This document shows, piece after piece, positions 1-9,173 of a DNA stretch of 21,104 nucleotides (position 1 is its first letter; every line of letters starts with the position of its first letter). A model generated the notes under the pieces. It did no database searches, had not been told where the DNA came from, and was given only the letters and a program-made list of their open reading frames with translations. The DNA is from Chthoniobacteraceae bacterium. GTDB lineage: Bacteria > Verrucomicrobiota > Verrucomicrobiia > Chthoniobacterales > Chthoniobacteraceae. The stretch is taken from positions 1 to 21,104 of the forward strand of contig JBEBGD010000095.1 of assembly GCA_040081625.1 (NCBI GenBank). Reading direction: 5' to 3'. Made by a program: the position numbers and the translations under genes.

Positions 1-15
1 TGATTGCACGATGGA

Positions 16-47
16 CACCGATCACTGTTCACTGATCACCGTTCACT
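16..47. repeat. Degenerate heptamer tandem repeat CAC(C/T)G(A/T)T, about 4.5 units
   Basis: CACCGAT(16-22) CACTGTT(23-29) CACTGAT(30-36) CACCGTT(37-43) CACT(44-47), just upstream of the trmD GTG start. Confidence 0.8.
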
Positions 48-53
48 CTCTTC

Positions 54-740
54 GTGCGCATCGACATCCTCTCCCTCTTCCCCGCCATCGCCGCGAGCGC
101 GCTCGCCGAGAGCATCCTCGGCAAGGCGCAGCAGCGCGGGCTCGTGGACCTGCGCCACCACAACATCCGCGACTGGGCGACGGGCAAACACTCGACGACC
201 GACGACACGCCTTACGGCGGCGGACAGGGGATGGTGATGAAGTGCGAGCCGCTCTTTGCCGCGGTCGAGCAACTCCGCACACCAGCAGCGCGCGTCGTCC
301 TGCTCTCGCCGGGCGGACGCGTGTTCGACCAGCGCGTCGCGGAGGACTACACGCGGATCGAGCATCTCATCCTCGTCTGCGGGCACTACGAAGGCGTGGA
401 CCAGCGCGTGATCGATCATCTCGTCGATGAAGAGCTGAGCATCGGCGACTACGTGCTGACCAATGGCGCGATCGCCGCCGTGGTCGTCGTCGATGCGGTC
501 GTGCGGCTGCTGCCCGGCGTGCTCGGCGATGAAAACAGCGCCGCCGATGACAGCCACACGACTGGCCTGCTCGAGCATCCGCAATACACGCGGCCGGTCG
601 AGTTCCGCGGCTGGCGCGTGCCGGAGGTGCTGCTCGGAGGGAATCACGGCGAGATCGCCAAGTGGCGTCGCGCGCAGGCGCTCGCAAAGACAGAGCGCGT
701 CCGTCCCGATCTGCTCAACCGCCCGCCGCAAGAGCAATGA
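54..740 (+). CDS. trmD: tRNA (guanosine(37)-N1)-methyltransferase TrmD
   Basis: GTG start; MRIDILSLFP, DDTPYGGGQGMVM, LLSPGG, CGHYEGVDQRV, SIGDYVLTNG, LLEHPQYTRP, VPEVLLGGNH are canonical TrmD motifs. Confidence 0.98.
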   Translation: MRIDILSLFPAIAASALAESILGKAQQRGLVDLRHHNIRDWATGKHSTTDDTPYGGGQGMVMKCEPLFAAVEQLRTPAARVVLLSPGGRVFDQRVAEDYTRIEHLILVCGHYEGVDQRVIDHLVDEELSIGDYVLTNGAIAAVVVVDAVVRLLPGVLGDENSAADDSHTTGLLEHPQYTRPVEFRGWRVPEVLLGGNHGEIAKWRRAQALAKTERVRPDLLNRPPQEQ

Positions 741-1543
741 CGCCCATTCTCGACATCCGCGAGCTCACGATCCGCCGCGGCGACACGCGCATCCTCGATC
801 GGCTCTCGTGGACCGTGCAGCGCGGCGAGCACTGGGTCGTCCTCGGGCCGAACGGCTGCGGGAAGACTTCGCTGCTCAGCGCGCTCACGGGCTACTTCAC
901 GCCGACCGACGGCTCGATCCATCTGCTCGGCGAGGAGTTCGGAGCGAGCGACTGGCGCGAGCTGCGGCAGGCGGTCGGCATCGTCAGCTCGAGCCTGCGC
1001 CAGCTCATGCACGAGGAGGATTGCGCGATGGAGATCGTCGCCGGTGGCGCGAGCGCGCAGATCGGTCATTGGGGACGGATCCCGAAAAAGGCGCGCGAGG
1101 CAGCGGTGCGGGCGCTCGCGAAGGCCGAGGCAAAGGACATCGCGCTGCGTGCGTGGGGCGTGCTCAGCCAGGGCGAAAGACAGCGCGTGCTCATCGCGCG
1201 GGCGCTCATCTGCCGGCCGCGCGTGCTCATCCTCGATGAACCGTGCGCCGGCCTCGACCCGGTCGCGCGCGAGCATTTCCTCGGGGTAATCGAGCGGCTG
1301 GCGCGTTCACGCCGCGCGCCGGCGATCGTGCTGGTGACTCATCACGTCGAGGAGATCACGCCGGCCTTCACCCACGCGCTGCTGCTGCGCGCGGGGCGTG
1401 CGGTGGCGTGCGGACGCATCGGCGATGCGCTCGACAGCGCGACGATGAGCGCCGCTTTCTCCACGCCGATGCGGCTGCGAAAAAGCAGCCGCGGCTACGC
1501 GCTCGAACTCACCGGTTGGACGCGCGCTTCCGGGAATCGGTGA
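737..1543 (+). CDS. ABC transporter ATP-binding protein, ModF/YlmA-like (stand-alone)
   Basis: ATG at 737 overlaps the trmD stop (ATGA); Walker A GPNGCGKT, signature LSQGERQR, Walker B VLILDEP, H-loop VTHH; the GEHWVVLG and PTDG elements fit the ModF-like subfamily. Confidence 0.93.
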   Translation: MTPILDIRELTIRRGDTRILDRLSWTVQRGEHWVVLGPNGCGKTSLLSALTGYFTPTDGSIHLLGEEFGASDWRELRQAVGIVSSSLRQLMHEEDCAMEIVAGGASAQIGHWGRIPKKAREAAVRALAKAEAKDIALRAWGVLSQGERQRVLIARALICRPRVLILDEPCAGLDPVAREHFLGVIERLARSRRAPAIVLVTHHVEEITPAFTHALLLRAGRAVACGRIGDALDSATMSAAFSTPMRLRKSSRGYALELTGWTRASGNR

Positions 1544-2732
1544 TCCGCGGAAGGGAGCCCGACTTGCGCGATTCGTTAAGGCGGAAGGCGGCGATCTTCG
1601 CGCCCGGCTTGCGCAGATAGACCTGCTTCACGTCCTCGATCGTGGTGAGGATCCACGGGGCGATCGGGTTGTCGCCGTTCTTCGTATAGACGAGATTGTC
1701 CGCCACATAGACGCACGAATGGAACGCGTCGCCGCCGGCATCGAGGAAGAAGATCACGTCACCGAGTTCGGCTGCGGTCGGGATGGGCGAGTAGTTGGCG
1801 AGCACGCCGGTGGCCGCGAGCTTCAAATCGAGGTAAATGTTCTGGGCGGCGAAGTTGAAGAAGTTCAGCGAGGTCCAGTGGCAATTCGTGTTCTGCCCGA
1901 GCAGCGCCATGTCGGGCGACGGATACGTGTAGAGAAGTTTGCGCGCCTGAGCAGGAAGCAGATGCATGAGGTCGAGTTGGCCGCCGTCCGGCGTATGCGC
2001 GATCGATTCGAGCAGTGGCAGCATGTCCTTGCGACGTCTGCCCGCAGTCCAGTATTCGGCCACCGCCTTGATATCGTCGTCCGGTCCAATGCGGAGGCTG
2101 GCGATCAAGGCTTTGGTTCGGGTGATGTCCTTGAGCCACGAGCGCGCCTCTGCTTCGGACTGCGCATGGCTGATGAGCGTGGAGAGATTGCTGAAGATCA
2201 GCGCATCGCCCTCGAGGTAGGTCAGCTTGGCGATGAGGGCGACGATCTCCGGCGGCATCGATGAGCCACGCAGCCATTCCTCGACGCTGCTGCCGCTGAC
2301 GAAGATCGGGTCGTGGAAGAATTCGTTGAGCGGCACCTTCGCCAGCTCGGGATAAATGATCGAGCGTGCCCTGCCGGAGAGCGACTCGACATCGGTGGCG
2401 CTCGGGAATGTAGCCAGGAAGCCATCGAGGACCTGGCAGCGCGGATCGTCGAGCCAGCGGCTCACCATGGCGGTCTCGACGCCGGCTTCGGTGAGGAAGC
2501 GGCGCACTTCTTCCTCATCGGCGCTGGCGAAACAAAAGCGCGGCTGCGTGCCTGGCAGCGGGAATTTTTCGATGAGCCACTCGGGGGCCTCGAGGTAGAT
2601 GGTCCGGTATTCGATCCTGCCCCACGGGCCGGGCTTGCACTGCTGGATCGTGTCGTCGGCTGCGAGCGCCAGGAGCGACGGGAGAATGACTGCTGCGATT
2701 CCGAGGAGGAAACGGATGAAGGGGTGGGGCAT
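1509..2732 (-). CDS. Secreted hypothetical protein with a C-terminal papain/NlpC-P60-like Cys-His motif
   Basis: 407 aa with normal composition; N-terminal hydrophobic signal (FIRFLLGIAAVILPSLLALA); C-terminal NCHWTSLNFF...GDVIFF...FHSCVY...VYTKNG; 3' end overlaps the ABC gene by 35 bp. Confidence 0.8.
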   Translation of the reverse strand: MPHPFIRFLLGIAAVILPSLLALAADDTIQQCKPGPWGRIEYRTIYLEAPEWLIEKFPLPGTQPRFCFASADEEEVRRFLTEAGVETAMVSRWLDDPRCQVLDGFLATFPSATDVESLSGRARSIIYPELAKVPLNEFFHDPIFVSGSSVEEWLRGSSMPPEIVALIAKLTYLEGDALIFSNLSTLISHAQSEAEARSWLKDITRTKALIASLRIGPDDDIKAVAEYWTAGRRRKDMLPLLESIAHTPDGGQLDLMHLLPAQARKLLYTYPSPDMALLGQNTNCHWTSLNFFNFAAQNIYLDLKLAATGVLANYSPIPTAAELGDVIFFLDAGGDAFHSCVYVADNLVYTKNGDNPIAPWILTTIEDVKQVYLRKPGAKIAAFRLNESRKSGSLPRITDSRKRASNR

Positions 2733-2832
2733 TAAGAGGCGCGGAAGGTGTGCAGATGCGCACCGACTTCAAGTCGCGCCAGTGTCCTAATCTTATTTAC
2801 CCGTTGGTATGGCGCGCACGCGCTTGCGGGTG

Positions 2833-4095
2833 CTACGCGAAGATGCCCATCGCCGGCTTCGCCATGTTGCCCACGCTCATCGGGCGTCCGCTCGGCGTCA
2901 TGAATTCCTCGTGGATCGGCAGGCCCGCGGCCCAGCCGATCGTCGCGTGGAATTCGCCAACCGTCATCGGCAGCGTCTTCGGTCCGTAGCCCTTCTCGTC
3001 GCTCGATCCGTGGACGTAGCCGCGCTTCGCTCCACCGCCGGCGAGCACGGTGCTGAAGGCGATCGGGTGATGCCCGCGGCCGCTGCCGTCGAAGCTCGGC
3101 TTGCGGCCGAACTCCGTGCTCACCACCACGAGCGTCGAGTCGAGCATCCCGCGCGAATCGAGATCGGCCACGAGCGCCGCGAAGGTGCGGTCGAACTCCC
3201 CGCCGCGATCCTCCATCGCGTCGTCGATGTCCTTGTGCATGTCCCAGCCGCCGCTCTGCACCTCGACGAAACGCACGCCGCTCTCGACCAGCCGACGCGC
3301 GAGCAGCACGCCCTGGCCGAACTTGTTGCGCCCATATTTCTCCCGCAGGCCGGACGGCTCCGCATTGAGGTCGAAGGCCTTGAGGTCCGTGCTCTTCATG
3401 AGCTGGAGCGTCGTGTCGTAGAAGTCGCCGTAGGCCTTCACGTTCTCATCCGCCACCTTCCTGCCGAAGGTCGAGTCGAGCTGCTCGAGCAGGCCCACGC
3501 GCTTGGTCTGCACGTCGCCGGAGACGCGCGCCGCCGCGTTCGTGAGGCCCTGGTCCGGGTCGAGGATGGGCAGTGGCGAGTAGGCGGCGGGGAAGAATCC
3601 ATTCCCGTGCTGCGCGGGGCGGTTCACGCTCACCGACGACGGCAGCGTCTTGCTGCTCTGCCCGAGGTAATGCTGCGCCCATGCGCCGAGCATCGGGTGG
3701 ACGATCGTGCCGCGATTCTCGTAGCCGGTGCGCATGAGATACTGCGCGCTCGCGTGAACGCCGACCTTCGCGGTCATCGAGCGGATGACGGTGATCTTGT
3801 TCGCGATCTTCGCCGTCTCGGGCAGGTAGCTCGAGAGCTGGAAGTCCGCGCTGGTGCTGATCGCCTCGCCCGGTCCCTTCGACTCACCGCTCTTCGGGTC
3901 GAACGAATCGATGTGGCTGAGCCCGCCCTGGAGCTGGAGGAAGATGATGCGCTTGGCCTGGCCGTAGCCGGGTCCCGGCGCGGCGAGCGCGTGCGTGCCG
4001 AGCGTCGGCATCACGGTGAGGCCGAAGGCGAGTTGCGCGCAGCGTTCTACGAACGTGCGGCGGTCGAGCGGGTCGCGGAGGGAGTCGGTGTTCAT
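2833..4095 (-). CDS. DUF1501 family protein, Tat-exported
   Basis: Start at ATG 4095 (MNTDSLRDPLDRRTFV, twin arginine); GGLSHIDSFDPK, ARRLVESGVRFVEV, GGWDMH, TEFGR, GRGHHP motifs. Confidence 0.93.
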   Translation of the reverse strand: MNTDSLRDPLDRRTFVERCAQLAFGLTVMPTLGTHALAAPGPGYGQAKRIIFLQLQGGLSHIDSFDPKSGESKGPGEAISTSADFQLSSYLPETAKIANKITVIRSMTAKVGVHASAQYLMRTGYENRGTIVHPMLGAWAQHYLGQSSKTLPSSVSVNRPAQHGNGFFPAAYSPLPILDPDQGLTNAAARVSGDVQTKRVGLLEQLDSTFGRKVADENVKAYGDFYDTTLQLMKSTDLKAFDLNAEPSGLREKYGRNKFGQGVLLARRLVESGVRFVEVQSGGWDMHKDIDDAMEDRGGEFDRTFAALVADLDSRGMLDSTLVVVSTEFGRKPSFDGSGRGHHPIAFSTVLAGGGAKRGYVHGSSDEKGYGPKTLPMTVGEFHATIGWAAGLPIHEEFMTPSGRPMSVGNMAKPAMGIFA

Positions 4096-4112
4096 GGCGG
4101 TGGTGGTGCTGA

Positions 4113-6284
4113 TTACTGGATGAAAAGGAACTCGCGCGTGTTCACGAGCGTCCACGCGACATCGCTCAGGCCGAGGCCGGTGCCGAGCGCGCCCTTGGCC
4201 ACGGTGCGCTCCGCGTCGGTCGGCATGCGGGCGAGGAAGGAGAGGTAGAGCGAGTCGATCTTCCCGTCGTCGCTCGCCGCCGCGCCGGCGGCCACGACCG
4301 CCGCGCAGTTCGGATCGCTCACGAGATCGCCGATGCTCCCGTTCATCAGCATGAGCGCCTGCGGCACGCTGCCATCGGTCGTGCTCGAGTCGGCGATGAG
4401 CCGGTCGCTCTGCCCGAAGAGCCGCAGGAAGTGCGTCTCCGGCGCGGGCTGCGGCAGCTCGCTGGCGCGGGCGAGCACCAGCCCGAAGCGCTGCTCGGGC
4501 TTCGCTCCCTCGTAGAAATCGAGCGCCCCCTTCCCCGCGCGCTTGCCCGCCTTCGCCTTCGCCTTGCCGCCCATGTTCCCGACGCCAGCCTCGCGCATCC
4601 GATCGGCCACCGTCTTGAAGGCCTCCGCCGTCATCGCATTGCCCGGCAGCGCCAGCAGCTTCATCTCATCGCCGCGGCGCAGCAGCGCATTGTCGATCTC
4701 CGGGCCGGCGGCCACGGTCAGCACGCTGTCCCATGCCTGCTCGGCCGTCATGCGGCGCAGCAGCGGGCCGGGGAAAAGATACGGTCCCTTCTCGAGGTCG
4801 GGCGTCACGCTCGGGGCGCGCTGGTAGGTCTGCGAGTTGAAGAGCACGCGATGGAACTCCCGCAGGTCGAAGCGCCCATACTTGATGATCGTCGCCAGGT
4901 GCGCGAGCAGCGCGGGATTGCTCCCCTTCTTCGGATCGTCGATGTCCGTCACCGGCTCCTGCACGCCGAGGCCGAAGACCTTCTTCCATACCCGGTTCGC
5001 GATGTTCGCCGCGAAGCGCGGATTGTCCGCATGCGTCATCCACTTCGCGAACTCATCGCGCAGTGTCTGCGGGTTGCGCGAGTCGATCCGATACGCCGGG
5101 TTGCGCTTGTCCGCCTCGCTCCACGTGATCAGCGACGGCGTCACCGGCGCGCCCGGCTTCACGTCGTCATACTTGTAGTCCTTGGGGAAGGTGAGCGTCT
5201 GCTTCCCGGTATCGACCATGCGGAAGACATTCGGCGCCGCGATGCGCTGCACCATGGCCTTGTCGAGCCCGCTCGATGCGCTGCCCTTGTAGAGCTTGCC
5301 CGCCGAGCGCAGCGCCTCGTTGTCGTAGCCGTCGCTCGCCCCGAAGAACGCCGCCATCTGGTAGAAGTCCCGCTGCGACCAGTCGGCCAGCGGATGATCG
5401 TGGCACTGCGCGCACGCCACGTTCGCGCCGAGGAAGGTCGTCAGCAGATTCGACACGCCGTCGAGCGGCATCTGCGCGTCGTAGAGCAGAAAGCCCGTCG
5501 CCCCATTGTCCGTGAGCCGCCCGTCGGCGGTGAGCATCTCGCGCACGAGCGCATCCCACGGCCGGGCCGCCGAGAGTTCATCCTTGAGCCAGTCCTCGAA
5601 GGTGAACGCCGGCGTGCGCTTCCCGAAGACATCCTTCACCCGCAGCATGTCGCCCATCCAATTATACATGTGCATCGCGTAGCCGGGCGAATAGAGCAGC
5701 TTGTCGATCAGCTTCGTCCGCTTGTCCGGCGCGGCATCGGCGAGGTAAGTGCGCGCCTCCTCCGCCGTCGGCACGCGCCCGATCGCATCCAGATACAGCC
5801 GCCGCACGAACTGCTCATCGGTCGCCGGCGCGTTGAACTTCTGCCCCTTCGCCACCAGCGTCGAGCCGATCAGGAAGTCGATCTGATGCGCCGCCGTCTT
5901 CACGAACTCATCCGCGAACCCGCGCGCCCGCAGCCGCTTCGCATAGTCATACGCGAACACCCGGTCCTCCTTCACCAGCGCGCTCAGCGCGAGCCGATAG
6001 GTCTGCCCGTCCTTGGTCCGCACCGTCACCACATCGCCCGCCAGCGCGCAGAACTCCGCCTCCACCTTGCGCCCGCTCGCGTCGCTCCACGTCCGCCACG
6101 GCGAAGGCAGTGCCTCGGAGATCGGCTTGGGCTCAGGCGTCGCGGGCGCCTTCGCCGCGGTCTTCACCGGCGCGGGTGTCGCCACTGCGGATTGCGTGCG
6201 CTTGTTCTTCTTGTTCTTCGGCGCGGCGGAAAGGGTGGCGCTCAGCAGTGCGAGCAGCGCGAGGGAGAAGGCGAGTGGTCTCAT
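4113..6284 (-). CDS. DUF1549/DUF1553 (PSCyt2/PSD1) protein with signal peptide and N-terminal SHD1-like domain
   Basis: ATG 6284 MRPLAFSLALLALLSATLSA; WRTWSDASGRKVEAEF (SHD1-like); FVRRLYLDAIGRVPT, CAQCHDHP, ANRVWKKVFGLG, RRMTAEQAWDS, VPQALMLMNG, WTLVNTREF. Confidence 0.92.
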   Translation of the reverse strand: MRPLAFSLALLALLSATLSAAPKNKKNKRTQSAVATPAPVKTAAKAPATPEPKPISEALPSPWRTWSDASGRKVEAEFCALAGDVVTVRTKDGQTYRLALSALVKEDRVFAYDYAKRLRARGFADEFVKTAAHQIDFLIGSTLVAKGQKFNAPATDEQFVRRLYLDAIGRVPTAEEARTYLADAAPDKRTKLIDKLLYSPGYAMHMYNWMGDMLRVKDVFGKRTPAFTFEDWLKDELSAARPWDALVREMLTADGRLTDNGATGFLLYDAQMPLDGVSNLLTTFLGANVACAQCHDHPLADWSQRDFYQMAAFFGASDGYDNEALRSAGKLYKGSASSGLDKAMVQRIAAPNVFRMVDTGKQTLTFPKDYKYDDVKPGAPVTPSLITWSEADKRNPAYRIDSRNPQTLRDEFAKWMTHADNPRFAANIANRVWKKVFGLGVQEPVTDIDDPKKGSNPALLAHLATIIKYGRFDLREFHRVLFNSQTYQRAPSVTPDLEKGPYLFPGPLLRRMTAEQAWDSVLTVAAGPEIDNALLRRGDEMKLLALPGNAMTAEAFKTVADRMREAGVGNMGGKAKAKAGKRAGKGALDFYEGAKPEQRFGLVLARASELPQPAPETHFLRLFGQSDRLIADSSTTDGSVPQALMLMNGSIGDLVSDPNCAAVVAAGAAASDDGKIDSLYLSFLARMPTDAERTVAKGALGTGLGLSDVAWTLVNTREFLFIQ

Positions 6285-6377
6285 GGCGATCGGGGAGTGG
6301 AGTGGAGGACGACGTGACAATAGCCACCCCCGCCCCCAATTGGGACTGAAATCTCGCCTGCCCGATCGCGTTGCTCC

Positions 6378-9089
6378 CTACTTCGCCAACTCGTCGTAGC
6401 GCTTCCAGAACTCCTCCGTCGGCAGGTCGATCGCGCTCGTCTCGCCGGGGAACTGGTAGATGATCACCTTCAGCGTCGGGTGCTTCCGCATCACCGGCAG
6501 CGCCCCCGGCACGCCCGTGCATGCGAAGCGTTCGAGATGCGGCAGGTCGAGCAGCGGCGTGAAGTCGGCGATCTTTCTGGAGTGGCTGATGTTGAGCGAG
6601 CGGATCGGCAGCCCGCGCAGCGGGGAAAGATCGGTGACGCTCGAGCCGGTCATCTCCACTCGCGAGAGCGGCCGGCCGCGCAGCGGCGTGAGGTCGGTGA
6701 TCTGATCGCACGAATTGATCGACAGGATCTCGACCGGCGCATTCTCCAGGAACTTGAGGCTGCTCAGCCGCGTGCTGCTGATCTGCACTTCCTTGAGCGG
6801 CGCGCTGGCGAGCGGGGAGAAATCGACGATCCGCGTGGTCGGCACGATCAGCTTCTGCAGCGGCGCACCACGCAGCGCGGCGATGTCGTTGATCAGCGAG
6901 CTGGAGCCATGGAAGATCTCCAGCGGCACCCCGGCGATTGGCGAGAGATCGCTCACGCTGGTGCTGTTGATGTTCAGCTCGAAGAGGCTCATCCCGGCCA
7001 GCGGCCCGAGGTCGCTGATCGGGTTGTTGTCGATGACGACCTTGCCCAGCTTCATCCCGCGCAACGGCTCGAGCGAGGTGAGCTGGCAGCGCGACGCCTC
7101 GAGGATGTCGAAGGGCACCCCGCGCAGCCCGTCGAGGTTGCTCGCCGCGCCCGCCTTGAGCCGCACTTCGAGGAAGCCGGTAGGCGACGTGCTGGTCGAG
7201 AAGCCATCCTTGCCCAGCCACGCCTCCAGCCGCTTTCGCACGAGGCCCAGCCGCTCGGTCGTCGTCAGCCGCAGCCGCCGGGTGAAGGCGCCGGACTCGC
7301 CCGACGCGCCGACGGCCCTCAGGTGGTTGAAGACGGCGGCGAGCAGCCCCATGTCGTAGCGCGTCTCGTCGGTCGTCGCCGCCGCCATCTTCTCGACCAG
7401 CGGCAGGATGCGCGCATACGCCGCGCGGGCCGGGTCCTTCTTCAGCGCCACGCGGATCGCAGCGGCGGCCTCGGTGTATTTATCCTGCGCGAGCAGCACC
7501 CACGCGCGCCGCCAATAGCCATCCTTCAGCTCCGGGTCGATCGCGATTGCCGCCTCGATGTTCTTCTGCGCTGCCGGGTAGTTCTGGAAGTCCGCATCGT
7601 TCGCCGCCAGCCGCAGCAGGTCGGGCGCGGTCTGCTTCAGCTCGGCGAGCGCCTTGGTCGCGCGGCGGCCGGAGAGGAAGGCGTGCGTGCCAAACCACCC
7701 GACCGAGAGCAGCACCAGCGCCGCCGCGATCGCCTCGACCCTCCGCCGCCGCACCATCATCACGAGGTTCTTGAGCGGCGACTTCTTCTCCGCGCTCGTG
7801 GCGAAGCCGTGCTGATAGGCATCGATATCCGCCTGCAGCTCCTCGACCCGTTGGTAGCGGGCCGCCGGATCGTAGGCCAGCGCCTTGTGGCACACGGCGA
7901 CGAGCGACTCCGGTGCGCGCCCGCCGGGCAGATGACTCGCCGTGCGCGCCTTCTGCGTCACGCGGGGGTCGGGCCAGTCGATCGCGCCGTTCACCACGTT
8001 GCCCAGCACCTCCTCGAGCGTGGTGCCGCCGACCGTGTAGCGCAGGTAGAGGATCTCGAAGAGGATCGCGCCGAGCGAATAGATATCCGCCCGCTGGTCG
8101 AGCCGTGCCACGTCTCCCGACGCCTGCTCCGGGGCCATGTAGTAAGGCGTGCCCATCACCATCCCCGCCAGCGTGCTCCCAAGCTGCCCCTCGCCCACCC
8201 GCGCGCTCATCACCGCGGAGTGCACCACCCGGTTCTCGTGCTCCGCGCGCCCGATCACCTTTGCCAGCCCCCAGTCCATCACCAGCACCTCTCCGTAATC
8301 GCCGAGCATGATATTCTCCGGCTTGAGGTCCCGGTGGATCACCCCCCGCGAATGCGCGAACGCCATCGCGTCGCATACCTTTTGATAGATCGTCAGCAGC
8401 GCCGGCAGCGGATACTTCTTCACCGTCGCCTCCATGCCCTGGCCCATCAGCTCCAGCACCTTCTTGAGCGTGATGCCCCGCACGAACTTCATCGTGTAGT
8501 AAAGCTGCTCGCGCTCGTCCATGCCCAGCTCATGCACCGGCACGATGTTAGGATGCTCGAGCTGCGCCGTCACCTGCGCCTCCTCGATGAACCTCAGCAC
8601 GTCCGCCTCCTGCTGCCCTTCGAGCATCACCTTCATCGCCACCGTCCGCTGCGTGGTCGCCTCGTGCGCATCGAGGATCGCTCCCTGTCCGCCCTTGGCC
8701 ACCACCTTGCCGACTGCATAGCGTTCCTTCGCGATGAACTCCGAGGGCACGAAACGCCGCACCGCCGCGCCCGCGGGGGCCGCCCCTCCGTGGGGGCGCA
8801 CCTCCAGTCTCACATCGCCGAGCCGGATCTCGTGGTGCGGCTCCACGTGCACCGGCTCGATGATAGCCACGCCCGCCACCGTGGTGCCATTCGAGGAGCC
8901 GAGGTCTTCGAGATAGATGCGCCCTTCCCCGATCACCAGCCGCGCGTGCCGCCGGCTGATCAGCGGCGTCTCCGCGCGGATGGTCGCCTCCGCGCCGCGC
9001 CCGAGGACGTATTCCCCCGGCGGGAGCACCACCCGCACGAGTTCGGCGCCCTCGTGGCTCAAGATGACCTCGATCTGGGTCGCGTGCAT
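6378..9089 (-). CDS. Hanks-type Ser/Thr receptor-like kinase: FHA-kinase-TM-TPR-LRR (903 aa)
   Basis: Start ATG 9089 (MHATQIEV); FHA VLGRG..SRRHA..DLGSSNGT; kinase AKGGQG, VAMK, HRDLKPEN, DWGLAK, GTPYYMAPEQ, DIYSLG; TM AIAAALVLLSVGWF after RRRR; TPR-like AAIAIDP..YWRRAWVLLAQDKYTEA; LRRs. The ORF-track extension to 9974 is antisense to the 9174 gene. Confidence 0.92.
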   Translation of the reverse strand: MHATQIEVILSHEGAELVRVVLPPGEYVLGRGAEATIRAETPLISRRHARLVIGEGRIYLEDLGSSNGTTVAGVAIIEPVHVEPHHEIRLGDVRLEVRPHGGAAPAGAAVRRFVPSEFIAKERYAVGKVVAKGGQGAILDAHEATTQRTVAMKVMLEGQQEADVLRFIEEAQVTAQLEHPNIVPVHELGMDEREQLYYTMKFVRGITLKKVLELMGQGMEATVKKYPLPALLTIYQKVCDAMAFAHSRGVIHRDLKPENIMLGDYGEVLVMDWGLAKVIGRAEHENRVVHSAVMSARVGEGQLGSTLAGMVMGTPYYMAPEQASGDVARLDQRADIYSLGAILFEILYLRYTVGGTTLEEVLGNVVNGAIDWPDPRVTQKARTASHLPGGRAPESLVAVCHKALAYDPAARYQRVEELQADIDAYQHGFATSAEKKSPLKNLVMMVRRRRVEAIAAALVLLSVGWFGTHAFLSGRRATKALAELKQTAPDLLRLAANDADFQNYPAAQKNIEAAIAIDPELKDGYWRRAWVLLAQDKYTEAAAAIRVALKKDPARAAYARILPLVEKMAAATTDETRYDMGLLAAVFNHLRAVGASGESGAFTRRLRLTTTERLGLVRKRLEAWLGKDGFSTSTSPTGFLEVRLKAGAASNLDGLRGVPFDILEASRCQLTSLEPLRGMKLGKVVIDNNPISDLGPLAGMSLFELNINSTSVSDLSPIAGVPLEIFHGSSSLINDIAALRGAPLQKLIVPTTRIVDFSPLASAPLKEVQISSTRLSSLKFLENAPVEILSINSCDQITDLTPLRGRPLSRVEMTGSSVTDLSPLRGLPIRSLNISHSRKIADFTPLLDLPHLERFACTGVPGALPVMRKHPTLKVIIYQFPGETSAIDLPTEEFWKRYDELAK
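6505..7137 (-). repeat. About 10 leucine-rich repeats of 21-22 aa within the kinase ectodomain
   Basis: LEPLRGMKLGKVVIDNNPISD / LGPLAGMSLFELNINSTSVSD / LSPIAGVPLEIFHGSSSLIND / IAALRGAPLQKLIVPTTRIVD / LTPLRGRPLSRVEMTGSSVTD / LSPLRGLPIRSLNISHSRKIAD. Confidence 0.9.
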
Positions 9090-9095
9090 GGGCCC

Positions 9096-9125
9096 ATCCT
9101 GCCGCGTCGCACCACCCCGTTGCAA
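9096..9125 (-). promoter_or_regulatory. Possible sigma70-type promoter giving a leaderless kinase mRNA
   Basis: Minus strand TTGCAA-N18-CAGGAT-N6-ATG(9089); the -10 match is imperfect. Confidence 0.3.
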
Positions 9126-9173
9126 GCGCATCGCCCCTTGACCGCTGCCACCCATTCTGGCAGCCCACTCCCC

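Noticed and set aside
6286..6369. 9-bp inverted repeat GCGATCGGG/CCCGATCGC bracketing the intergenic region, plus the palindrome CCCAATTGGG
   Set aside because: Short and GC-rich, no U-tract or riboswitch features; could be chance
6480..9173. Long plus-strand ORF fused to the HU/DUF4469 gene (1127 aa)
   Set aside because: Arg/His-rich antisense shadow of the kinase; the real start is ATG 9174, supported by the paralog's leader
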